15,989 nucleotides of DNA from a bacterium (GTDB lineage Bacteria; RBG-13-61-14; DATKZS01): positions 1 through 15,989 of the forward strand of contig JAWOBU010000244.1 in NCBI GenBank assembly GCA_046484135.1, read 5' to 3'. The notes under the pieces were generated by a model. The model searched no databases, was not told the DNA's origin, and worked only from the letters and a program-made list of their open reading frames with translations. Shown here piece by piece: positions 1 through 7,493 of the stretch. The position numbers were made by a program, and so were the translations under genes. Each line of letters begins with the position of its first letter. Position 1 is the stretch's first letter.

Positions 1-1023
1 ACCCAGCGCTGTAACCTGAACTGCATCCACTGCCGGGCCTCGGCAAGCGACTCGGCTCCCGAGGGAGAGCTGTCCCTTGCCGAGTACAAGGCGCTCATTG
101 ACGAGGTGGCCGGTTTTGCTTCTCCCATCATAATACTTACCGGAGGCGAGCCGCTCCTGCGCGATGATGTCTATGACATTGCATCTTATGCCACCGCTTC
201 CGGCCTGCGGACGGCGGTATCCACCAACGGGACCCTGATTGACCACGAGGTCGTTGATAAACTTTTGGCCTCGGGCGTTACCACCTGCTCGATAAGTCTG
301 GATGGTTCTTCTGCGGAGGTACACGACGACTTCCGGCAGCAGCCGGGCGCGTTTGAGGCCAGTGTCCGAGGCATGAAGACCCTCCAGGAAGCCGGCATAA
401 AGGTGCAGATCAACACTTCGCTTACCAGGAGGAACATGCACGACCTGGACAACATTTACCGGCTGGTGAAAGACCTCTCCGCCCATGCCTGGCACGTCTT
501 CATGCTGGTCCCCACCGGCAGGGGAACAGCGGACGCAGAGCTTATAAGCGCGGACGATTACGAGCGCATCCTGAACTACGTCTATGAAAAGAACCGGGAC
601 GACGACATGGAGATAAAACCCACCTGCGCGCCCCAGTACTACCGGATACTCCGGCAACGGGCACGGGAGGACAACATGCCGGTGGACGTGGAACATTTCG
701 GCCTGAACGCCCGGACGAGGGGATGTCTCGCCGGCATGGGCTTCGGCTTCGTAAGCTACAAGGGCGACGTCTACCCGTGCGGCTACTTTCCGGTCAAGGC
801 CGGCAATGTACGGGAGCAGAGCTTTAAAAAGATATGGGAAAGCTCGCCGCTTTTCAACGAGCTTCGGGACTGGAAGAGTTATGAGGACCCTTGCGGCTCG
901 TGCGGCTACGTGCGGGTGTGCGGAGGATGCCGGGCCCGGGCCTATGCGCTCTCCGGCAGTTACATGGCTGCCGAGCCTTACTGCTCTTACGGGGAAAGCC
1001 TTTTGCAGGAAGAGTCCTCCTGA
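1..1023 (+). CDS. ahbD: Radical SAM/SPASM heme b synthase (AhbD-like, siroheme-dependent heme pathway), 5'-truncated by window edge
   Basis: Frame 1 is open from base 1 and reads TQRCNLNCIHCRAS (CxxxCxxC radical SAM motif), then LTGGEPLLR, KPTCAPQYYRILRQ, RGCLAG and the SPASM cysteines YPCGY...CGSCGYVRVCGGCRARAY...PYC. These motifs fit AhbD better than AhbC/NirJ. The ORF-track start at 106 is internal. Confidence 0.8.
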   Translation, partial: TQRCNLNCIHCRASASDSAPEGELSLAEYKALIDEVAGFASPIIILTGGEPLLRDDVYDIASYATASGLRTAVSTNGTLIDHEVVDKLLASGVTTCSISLDGSSAEVHDDFRQQPGAFEASVRGMKTLQEAGIKVQINTSLTRRNMHDLDNIYRLVKDLSAHAWHVFMLVPTGRGTADAELISADDYERILNYVYEKNRDDDMEIKPTCAPQYYRILRQRAREDNMPVDVEHFGLNARTRGCLAGMGFGFVSYKGDVYPCGYFPVKAGNVREQSFKKIWESSPLFNELRDWKSYEDPCGSCGYVRVCGGCRARAYALSGSYMAAEPYCSYGESLLQEESS

Positions 1024-1058
1024 GGCCCGTTGTGCAAGTGCTATATTTCCGGTTATTC

Positions 1059-1087
1059 TTGACTTTGAATGCCCTATGGACTAGCAT
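1059..1087 (+). promoter_or_regulatory. Putative sigma70 promoter for the SRPBCC gene
   Basis: TTGACT (1059-1064), 17-nt spacer, TAGCAT (1082-1087) in an AT-rich intergenic region. Confidence 0.4.
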
Positions 1088-1173
1088 GAAACAAACTTCT
1101 TAGCAATGGTTTAGACTTTGTCTTAATAACGAGTTATTGACTTGATTTTACATAGTGATAAGAAAGCGTTTCC

Positions 1174-1893
1174 ATGAAATTTGTGTTGCGAGTATCTTCC
1201 CTTTTATTAATTGCTTTTGTGTTTGTATGTCTTTCTGTCGGCACTCATGCGCAGGTCTGGAAATCGGACAAGGAGCGCCTTCTGGAGGGGGACGTACTAA
1301 TCAGCTTCAAAGAAGTCCCGGAGACCTTTGTAAACGAGGTCCAGGCGAAAATCTATTTTGACGCTCCTTTTGATATGGTGTGGGAGGTCCTTGCCGACTA
1401 CGAAGATTACTCGAAACTTTTCGATGACATAACCTCTTCGGAGCTTGTGAAAACACAAGAGGGCCGGTTCCTGGTAAAGGTTGGAATCAACAACTTATGG
1501 CCCTACCCCGACTTCAACTACACCATGGAGGTCGAGGAAGACAAAAAGAACGGCAAGATTTCCTGGAAGATGAAAGAAGGGAACCTGAAGATGCTCCACG
1601 GCTCCGCGGTGCTGGAGAGGTTCCCCGAAGACAAGAAAACCGTGTGCCTGACCTACTCCATGGTTCGCGACCCCGGTTGGTTTTCGCCTTTCTTCAGTTC
1701 CACTCTGAACAACAGAAACATCGTGGTAAAAAGGCTCCTGGCACTCCGCCAGAAAATCCGGGAGAAAAAGTCCGAGCTCGAGGGGAACGAAAAGGAGATA
1801 AAACCCAAGTGGGAAAAAGCCCTCTTCTGGTGGCAAAAAGACGACAAGAACGAAGAAGAAAAGAAAAAAGACCAAGAGGAAAAACAAAAATAA
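1174..1893 (+). CDS. Exported SRPBCC/START (polyketide cyclase/CoQ-binding-like) domain protein
   Basis: Sec signal peptide (MKFVLR, hydrophobic stretch, THA|Q); SRPBCC-like segment FDAPFDMVWEVLADYEDYSKLF and ISWKMKEGNLKMLHGS; Lys/Glu-rich C-terminal tail. Confidence 0.7.
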   Translation: MKFVLRVSSLLLIAFVFVCLSVGTHAQVWKSDKERLLEGDVLISFKEVPETFVNEVQAKIYFDAPFDMVWEVLADYEDYSKLFDDITSSELVKTQEGRFLVKVGINNLWPYPDFNYTMEVEEDKKNGKISWKMKEGNLKMLHGSAVLERFPEDKKTVCLTYSMVRDPGWFSPFFSSTLNNRNIVVKRLLALRQKIREKKSELEGNEKEIKPKWEKALFWWQKDDKNEEEKKKDQEEKQK

Positions 1894-2036
1894 CTGCACG
1901 TACCCCTGCCTCCCCCGAAGCCAAGCACATGTAGCCACCAAACGCACCCTCCCCTCCGGCGGCAAGACCCCTTGAAATCATTCCCGTAACCGGCAATAAC
2001 AGCTTCGGCAAAGTGAGAGCACATCCGCAAGCACCC

Positions 2037-2651
2037 TCACTCCTCGTGCCCGTCTTCATCTCCGTGGTGATGCTCGCCGTGATGATGGCCGTGCTCGTGC
2101 TGGTGCTTGTGATGGTGGCCTTCTCCCTCTTCGTGCTGGTGCGGGATTCCGCGGACGTGCTGGAGAATGTGCTCGTATCCGCCTTCCATCTCTTCCACCC
2201 AGCCGACGTTGGCGTCGTCCTTCGAGTCCAGGCCCCGGATGTAGGGCTTGAGATCGAGGACGGGCGTGCCGTCATAGGCGTCTATCACCGAGGTGTGGAG
2301 CGTGTTCCCTTCGATCTTTTTGAGCTGGACAATGGACAGGCCCACCGGGTTGGGCCGCCGCGGAGAGCGGCTCGCGAAAAGCCCGACCTTTTTGCCCTTG
2401 GCCCAGGGCGGGCTCACCTCTGACTTCCACTCGCCTTTTGAAGAGTGCATGTAAAAGAGCACGTAGATGTATTGGAATGTTTCCAGCTTGTCCAGCGCGT
2501 CTTCATAGCCGGCAAAGAGCTCGATGGACGAGCGGCCTTCATCCCGCTCCAGGGGCTGAAAGGGCGCGAACCCGCCGGCCCGGTACGGCGAGTGTATGAC
2601 CCCGATGGGCTGGAATGATACTTCTTTTACATCCTTTTCGTGGTCTTCCAT
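2037..2651 (-). CDS. trmO: TrmO/TsaA (YaeB) family SAM-binding tRNA m6t6A37 methyltransferase-like protein with His-rich C-terminal tail
   Basis: FQPIGVIHSPY, GLFASRSPRRPNPVGLS and IDAYDGTPVLDLKPY are TsaA/TrmO family signatures. Start placed at ATG 2651 (MEDHEK), preceded by GGAAGGAGG RBS; the first 80 aa of the track ORF are not credible. Confidence 0.88.
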   Translation of the reverse strand: MEDHEKDVKEVSFQPIGVIHSPYRAGGFAPFQPLERDEGRSSIELFAGYEDALDKLETFQYIYVLFYMHSSKGEWKSEVSPPWAKGKKVGLFASRSPRRPNPVGLSIVQLKKIEGNTLHTSVIDAYDGTPVLDLKPYIRGLDSKDDANVGWVEEMEGGYEHILQHVRGIPHQHEEGEGHHHKHQHEHGHHHGEHHHGDEDGHEE

Positions 2652-2685
2652 TGGAATTAGCCTCCTTCCGGTACTTCTTATACCT

Positions 2686-2691
2686 ATTATA
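2686..2691 (-). promoter_or_regulatory. Consensus -10 box (TATAAT) upstream of trmO
   Basis: ATTATA on + strand equals TATAAT on - strand, 35 nt upstream of the ATG; no good -35 at normal spacing. Confidence 0.35.
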
Positions 2692-2796
2692 AAACGAAAA
2701 TTACGGGATGGGTATTGACTCGGTAAAGGAAACGGGGTAGAAGATAATAAGCGGTTCGGGAGGATAAAAATGAAGGGTGTTGTCGCGGGACACAGG

Positions 2797-2818
2797 TCGC
2801 GACTAAAGTCGCTCGCAC
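2797..2818 (-). repeat. REP-like 22-bp hairpin repeat, copy A (GTGCGAGCGACTTTAGTCGCGA)
   Basis: Reverse complement of 2794-2818 matches 14038-14062 at 24/25 nt; intergenic; stem GCGACT/AGTCGC. Confidence 0.85.
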
Positions 2819-2889
2819 GCAAGATTCTCAGCCTGGAGGGCGGCAGGAAACAGTCGAAACCATGGATAAGCTGGAGAAAGGAGGGGGAC

Positions 2890-3591
2890 ATGGGCGGGAA
2901 GGTACTTGGGCTGGTAGTACTGGGCTTTTTCCTGGTAAGTTGTTTTCTGATCGCGGGCTGTCCAGAGGACAGCTCGGAGAACCCGGAGCTTTATTGCAAC
3001 TCGGAGACCAACCGGCTCGACCTGGTCGAGGTCACGTGTAGTAGCGGTATAGCCAACGAAATAACTATTGACGGCGACCCGAGCGACTGGGCGGCCGCGG
3101 GCATCGAGTCCATCAACAGCCAGATCGAGTGCCTCGCCAACCCGGTGTCGGGGTTAAGCCCCGGCGTGGGCGAGCTTTACATGAGCTATTGCGAGGAGGG
3201 TTGGGAGTCTTCTGATAAATATGTTCTTTACATGTTCGTCTACTCGGACGGTGAAATCCCCGTGGACGCCGACGCCAGCAGGTTGTTCTTCTCGCCGGAC
3301 GGACGCCTTTTTCCCGACGATCCGCCGGCAAATGACGACATCACTTTTGATATCAGAACCGGTGCCGGAGGTTTCTATACCTATGACACCGGAAGTCCGA
3401 TTCACCATGTTCTCGACCCCGCCCAGTATGCAGTGAACGAAGCCTCGGGCGTAATCGAGGTCAAGGTCAGCCTTGACGAGCTGGGGATCGGAGGGTCCTT
3501 CCCCTACGACCCCGTAAGCCTGGCCCATTACTGCCACATAGACCCGGACAGCTACTTCGACCCGCTGGGGACCTACTGGGTGGATTTTTGA
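2890..3591 (+). CDS. Hypothetical acidic lipoprotein (possible DOMON/CBM9-like beta-sandwich)
   Basis: ATG 2890 follows AAGGAGGGGG RBS; signal II with lipobox LIAG-C; ITIDGDPSDW and terminal VIEVKVSLDELG resemble DOMON/CBM9-like domains (inference). Confidence 0.7.
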   Translation: MGGKVLGLVVLGFFLVSCFLIAGCPEDSSENPELYCNSETNRLDLVEVTCSSGIANEITIDGDPSDWAAAGIESINSQIECLANPVSGLSPGVGELYMSYCEEGWESSDKYVLYMFVYSDGEIPVDADASRLFFSPDGRLFPDDPPANDDITFDIRTGAGGFYTYDTGSPIHHVLDPAQYAVNEASGVIEVKVSLDELGIGGSFPYDPVSLAHYCHIDPDSYFDPLGTYWVDF

Positions 3592-3643
3592 ACGGTGCTA
3601 TAGCGAAGACAGGGAAATACTCGCTTAATTCATCGCTGTTTCT

Positions 3644-4522
3644 TTATATGCCCAGAAACCCCATGAGCTCCCGGTAGTACTCCTCCGGAGCTTCGTGCTG
3701 GAGCCAGTGCCCGCAGTTCTCCATCATCCGGAGTTCGAAGTTCGCGTTCACGTGCCTTGCCAGCGACCGGGCCAGGCACGGCTCCAGCGCCTTGTCATCC
3801 TTTGCCCAGATGACCTTCACCGGGCAGGTGACGAGCCCGTCTTTCCGCTCGCCGGACATGTAATTCCGCACCGATCCCAGGCCGGCGCGGTAGTAGTTCA
3901 CTCCGCCGCGCAGCCCGGAAAGCCGGAGCTGTTCTTTCCATGCCTCCATGTAATCGTCGCTGAAGCTGCCCTTTCGCACCGTGTAATACTTGAGCAGGCG
4001 TTCGAGGAGCGCGAAGTCGGCCGCGGCCAGGACGTGCTCGGAAAGCCATGGCACCTGGTTCATGAGGATGTACCAGCTTTTCATGAACTGGCGCAGGTTC
4101 TTTTTGCGGAACACCAGTTCGGAGTAGTCGCCGAGGTGCGGGCCGTTGGACACTGCCAGGCAGGACAGGGTGTCCGAATAGGTCTCGGCGTAATGGACGG
4201 CAATGGTCGCGCCCCAGTCGTGGGCGATAAGCGAGGTCTGTTCGTCGCCGAAAGCCCGGATGATGCCCCGCACGTCCTCGATCAGAGTCGGCAGGCGATA
4301 GTCGGACACCCGCGGGGGAGCGTCGCTCCTGCCGTAACCGCGCAGGTCCGGGACCACCACCCGGCAGGACCGGGCCAGCTTGGGAGCCTGGTTGTGGAAG
4401 GTAAGATGGGTGTCGGGAAACCCGTGCAGGAAAAGACACAGAGGCCCTTTGCCGCCGGTCTTGCAATGGAACCTGATGCCGTTCGCGTTTACAAACACGC
4501 TCTCCAGATCATTCATAAACAT
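3644..4522 (-). CDS. Alpha/beta fold hydrolase, epoxide hydrolase-like
   Basis: HGFP oxyanion motif, PDLRGYGRS, nucleophile elbow AHDWG (Asp), tyrosines in SWYI and NYYRA, DDKAL acid residue and GHWLQHE catalytic His; start could be 4516. Confidence 0.9.
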   Translation of the reverse strand: MFMNDLESVFVNANGIRFHCKTGGKGPLCLFLHGFPDTHLTFHNQAPKLARSCRVVVPDLRGYGRSDAPPRVSDYRLPTLIEDVRGIIRAFGDEQTSLIAHDWGATIAVHYAETYSDTLSCLAVSNGPHLGDYSELVFRKKNLRQFMKSWYILMNQVPWLSEHVLAAADFALLERLLKYYTVRKGSFSDDYMEAWKEQLRLSGLRGGVNYYRAGLGSVRNYMSGERKDGLVTCPVKVIWAKDDKALEPCLARSLARHVNANFELRMMENCGHWLQHEAPEEYYRELMGFLGI

Positions 4523-4637
4523 GATTATCCTTGCCTTGGAGAAGAGTTCAAGGGAAAATAGTAGTCGCCAACGAAAGCAAGATCAAACCTGGTAAAAAAG
4601 AGAGCCAAATCCGCCGGGTGTTAGAGAGGAGGAGGCA

Positions 4638-6617
4638 ATGACCACTTTTGCAAGACGCGATTTTCTGGGCATGGCCGCTGGTGGCGCTGTGGGTCTGGCG
4701 TGCGCGCCTGCCCTGGCGGGACAGGATGTTTTTTATGACTCTGGTTTCAGGCTCCTCGAGATGGGGGAGGTAAAGCCAGCAGGCTGGATCAACGAGCAGT
4801 TGAGCCGAGACCTTCATGAGGGCATCACCGGACATTACGACAAGATAAACCCCACCGTCTCCCACGACCTGTTCGGGAGAAACAAAAGAAAGAGCTCTCC
4901 CACCGGCTTGCCCATAGTTACCGTAACCAAGCGGCCCGCCTGGTGGAGCGGCGAGCACGAGGGCTACTGGAAGGACGCGGTAACGCGCACCGCTTTTTTG
5001 ATCGAGGATAAGGAGTACATGGAGCGGTCGCGCGGCTGGATGGAGCGCATCATGGAAAACCAGGGCAGGGACGGCTACATCGGCATCTACGAGCCCGGCA
5101 ACCGCTTCAATCACGTGGGCGAGAACGGCGAGTTCTGGGCCCAGAGCAGGATCATGGTTGCCATGCTCGCCTATCACGAGTTCACCGGCGAGAGGAGCGT
5201 ACTCGATTCCGTGGAAAGGGCGGTGGAACTGGTTATGTCCACCTACGGGCCTGGGAAAAGCTATTTCAAAAACTCAAACTCAAAACTTTTTAACGGGGGG
5301 CTGAGCCACGGCCTCGCTTTCGCGGACGTGCTGGAATGGCTTTACCGGAAGACCGGAAACCGCGACTACCAGCGCTTCACCGAGTTTCTTTATAAGGACT
5401 TCAGCAAGCACTGCAAATGCAACAACGACATGGCCCTGCAAAAGCTCCTGGACCGGGACAAAAAGTTTTACCTGCACGCGCCCCACATTGCCGAGCACTT
5501 CATGATTCCCTTTTTCCTCGCCCGCACCGCCGGCAAGGACGAGTACAGAGAAGCCGCGAACAACGCCATGCACAAGCTCCGCTATCACCTGACGCCCGGC
5601 AAGGGCCTGGTCGGCTACGAGAACGTGAACGGGGACCGGGGCAGTGCGGACGCGCTTTACGAGTACTGTTCCATCACCGAGCTTGCCATAAGCCTTATCC
5701 GGGTCATGCAGTTCAACGGGAGTATCGAGGCCGCGGACCTGCTCGAGAAGATGACCATGAACGCCGGACAGGGCGCCCGGCTGCCCGTGCTCAAGGCGTG
5801 CTCCTATCTCACCTCGGACAACCGCGAGACCATTAACCGGTTCGGTCACCTGGGGCGCGAAGGATACAGCGCCTCCCACTTTGCCGCGGCCTGCTGCACC
5901 CTGAACGCGGGCCGGCTCATGCCCCACTATATCTCCGGCATGTGGATGCGAAGCCATAAACCGGAAGGCCTCGCGGCAATGCTCTACGGCCCGTGCGAGC
6001 TTCATACCAGCGTCAGGGGCGTCAAGGTAAAGATACGTGAACAAACCGGGTATCCCTTTTCCGACCGGATCACCTTCCATATCGAGCCGGAAGCACCGGT
6101 CAGTTTTACCTTGTTTCTCAGAAAGCCCGGCTTTGCAAAAGACGTGAAGATCGAGGCCCCCGGCGGCAAGATAAGTAAGAGCGGGAGCTTCCTCCAGATC
6201 AGTAAAAGGTGGGAAAAGGGAGACAAGGTGGCGGTGACCATGAAAAACGAGGCAGAGACAGTGCGCGATCCTGCCGCCGGCCGGCTGGACAAAAAGGAGT
6301 TTTACGTGCAACGGGGGCCGCTCCTTTTCTCGCTCAAGGTTCCCGCCCGGCTGGAAAAGGTGCGCGAGCACCATGACAGCGGTTTCTACAACTACAAGGT
6401 ATCGCAGACGCGCGAGGTGGATACCGATTACAGTTTCATAGACAGTTCCGGTTTCGAGCTCATCCGAAACCCGGCCGCAGACCCGGCAAGGCCGTGGGAA
6501 GAGTCGCCGGTTAAGCTTGCCTGCGATATGCGCGATGAAAAGGGGAGAGCCCGGAAAGTGAAGCTTTCGCCGGAGGGGGCCACCGTGCTGAGGAAGGTGT
6601 CATTTCCCGAGGGTTAA
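4638..6617 (+). CDS. Tat-exported glycoside hydrolase, GH127/GH146 (beta-L-arabinofuranosidase-like)
   Basis: GGAGGAGG RBS; Tat signal ARRDFL...ALA; LGEVKPAGW-type N-terminus, EYCS and ACCTLN (the Glu/Cys3 Zn site typical of GH127), C-terminal TGYPFSDRITF, LRKPG, RWEKGD and VQRGPLLFSL. Confidence 0.85.
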   Translation: MTTFARRDFLGMAAGGAVGLACAPALAGQDVFYDSGFRLLEMGEVKPAGWINEQLSRDLHEGITGHYDKINPTVSHDLFGRNKRKSSPTGLPIVTVTKRPAWWSGEHEGYWKDAVTRTAFLIEDKEYMERSRGWMERIMENQGRDGYIGIYEPGNRFNHVGENGEFWAQSRIMVAMLAYHEFTGERSVLDSVERAVELVMSTYGPGKSYFKNSNSKLFNGGLSHGLAFADVLEWLYRKTGNRDYQRFTEFLYKDFSKHCKCNNDMALQKLLDRDKKFYLHAPHIAEHFMIPFFLARTAGKDEYREAANNAMHKLRYHLTPGKGLVGYENVNGDRGSADALYEYCSITELAISLIRVMQFNGSIEAADLLEKMTMNAGQGARLPVLKACSYLTSDNRETINRFGHLGREGYSASHFAAACCTLNAGRLMPHYISGMWMRSHKPEGLAAMLYGPCELHTSVRGVKVKIREQTGYPFSDRITFHIEPEAPVSFTLFLRKPGFAKDVKIEAPGGKISKSGSFLQISKRWEKGDKVAVTMKNEAETVRDPAAGRLDKKEFYVQRGPLLFSLKVPARLEKVREHHDSGFYNYKVSQTREVDTDYSFIDSSGFELIRNPAADPARPWEESPVKLACDMRDEKGRARKVKLSPEGATVLRKVSFPEG

Positions 6618-6825
6618 TGCATGACACCTATGCGGTAGAAGGGCCGCAGTATGGAAAGACGAGCGCCATGCCGTGCCTTAAGGCACCCGGACAGTCAATC
6701 TGTTCTGGCTGCCTGCCGGCCGTTTGACAGATAAGTGCAAAGGTATACTCGTTCTGAAGTCGGTCTCCGGCGGAGTCGTCCCTGTCCGCCGCATATTGAG
6801 CGGGAGGATTATGACATGGCTTATC

Positions 6826-6861
6826 TTGTCCAAAACCGGGATTCCAGGTTATTTTGGACAA
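6826..6861. terminator. Inverted repeat between convergent GH127 and gcvH genes, possible bidirectional terminator
   Basis: TTGTCCAAAA-N16-TTTTGGACAA perfect 10-bp arms, with partial inner pairing CCGGG/CCAGG. Confidence 0.4.
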
Positions 6862-6892
6862 ACTAATTTTCGAAGAGGGGGGGCTGGTTCGA

Positions 6893-6914
6893 TCGGGACC
6901 GAGGTCGCTCGCAC
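6893..6914 (-). repeat. REP-like 22-bp repeat, copy C (GTGCGAGCGACCTCGGTCCCGA)
   Basis: 19/22 match to copy B, with a compensatory T-A to C-G change at the innermost stem pair; lies between convergent genes. Confidence 0.75.
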
Positions 6915-6951
6915 GTCTTATTGTGATATGGAGCCATCAGCGCGGCGGGAG

Positions 6952-7344
6952 TTAACTTTCCTGCTCTTCTTCCACGAACTCGCGGTAGGTGTCCGCGTCC
7001 ATCAGGTCTTCCAGCTCGGAGGTATCGCTCATGGCCACCCGGACCAGCCAGCCGTCCAGGTAAGGGTCTTCGTTAATGACCTCGGGAGAGTCTTCCAGGG
7101 GAGTGTTGATCTCCGCCACCTTTCCGGACAGGGGCGAGTAAAGATCGGCGGTGGCTTTTACCGACTCTATCACGCCGAAGGCGGTGTCTTTTTCCAGGTC
7201 GTCTCCTTCTTCGGGCAACTCCACGTAAACAATGTCGCCCAGCTCCTCCGCGGCGTAAGCGGTAACACCCATGGTGGCCTCGCCGTTCTCCACCTTTACC
7301 CACTCGTGGGTCCGGCTGTATTTGAGATCGTTCGGAAAGTTCAT
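6952..7344 (-). CDS. gcvH: Glycine cleavage system H protein (lipoyl carrier)
   Basis: LKYSRTHEWV, LGDIVYVELP, IESVKATADLYSP (lipoyl-Lys) and INEDPYLDGWL; 130 aa, acidic. Confidence 0.96.
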   Translation of the reverse strand: MNFPNDLKYSRTHEWVKVENGEATMGVTAYAAEELGDIVYVELPEEGDDLEKDTAFGVIESVKATADLYSPLSGKVAEINTPLEDSPEVINEDPYLDGWLVRVAMSDTSELEDLMDADTYREFVEEEQES

Positions 7345-7493
7345 GGCTTTAACTTCTACCCCCTGTAGTTGTATGTCGGCTACTCCAACTGCTCACACGC
7401 AGTAATTTGGCAAAAGTTTAAGGAGTAATCTTTATATTGTCAAGAAAAATATGGCTGAAACTGGATTAAAGAAAATTAAGTGGCGGGCCGGGC

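Noticed and set aside
2652..2891. N-terminal extensions of the track ORFs 2037-2891 and 2770-3591
   Set aside because: Strong RBSs support starts at 2651 and 2890; the extensions cross an intergenic region containing promoter elements and a repeat.
5993..6000. GTGCGAGC inside the GH127 CDS
   Set aside because: Only 8 nt match, with no hairpin; expected by chance.
6724..6749. TTGACA/TATACT as a sigma70 promoter
   Set aside because: Spacer is 14 nt, too short; mentioned only within the intergenic finding.
6724..7368. 214-aa + strand ORF overlapping gcvH
   Set aside because: Antisense to a clear gcvH, TTG start, no motifs.
7375..7400. Possible sixth degenerate repeat copy (- strand GTGTGAGCAGTTGGAGTAGCCGAC)
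   Set aside because: Too many mismatches and indels, and no stem; cannot be distinguished from chance.
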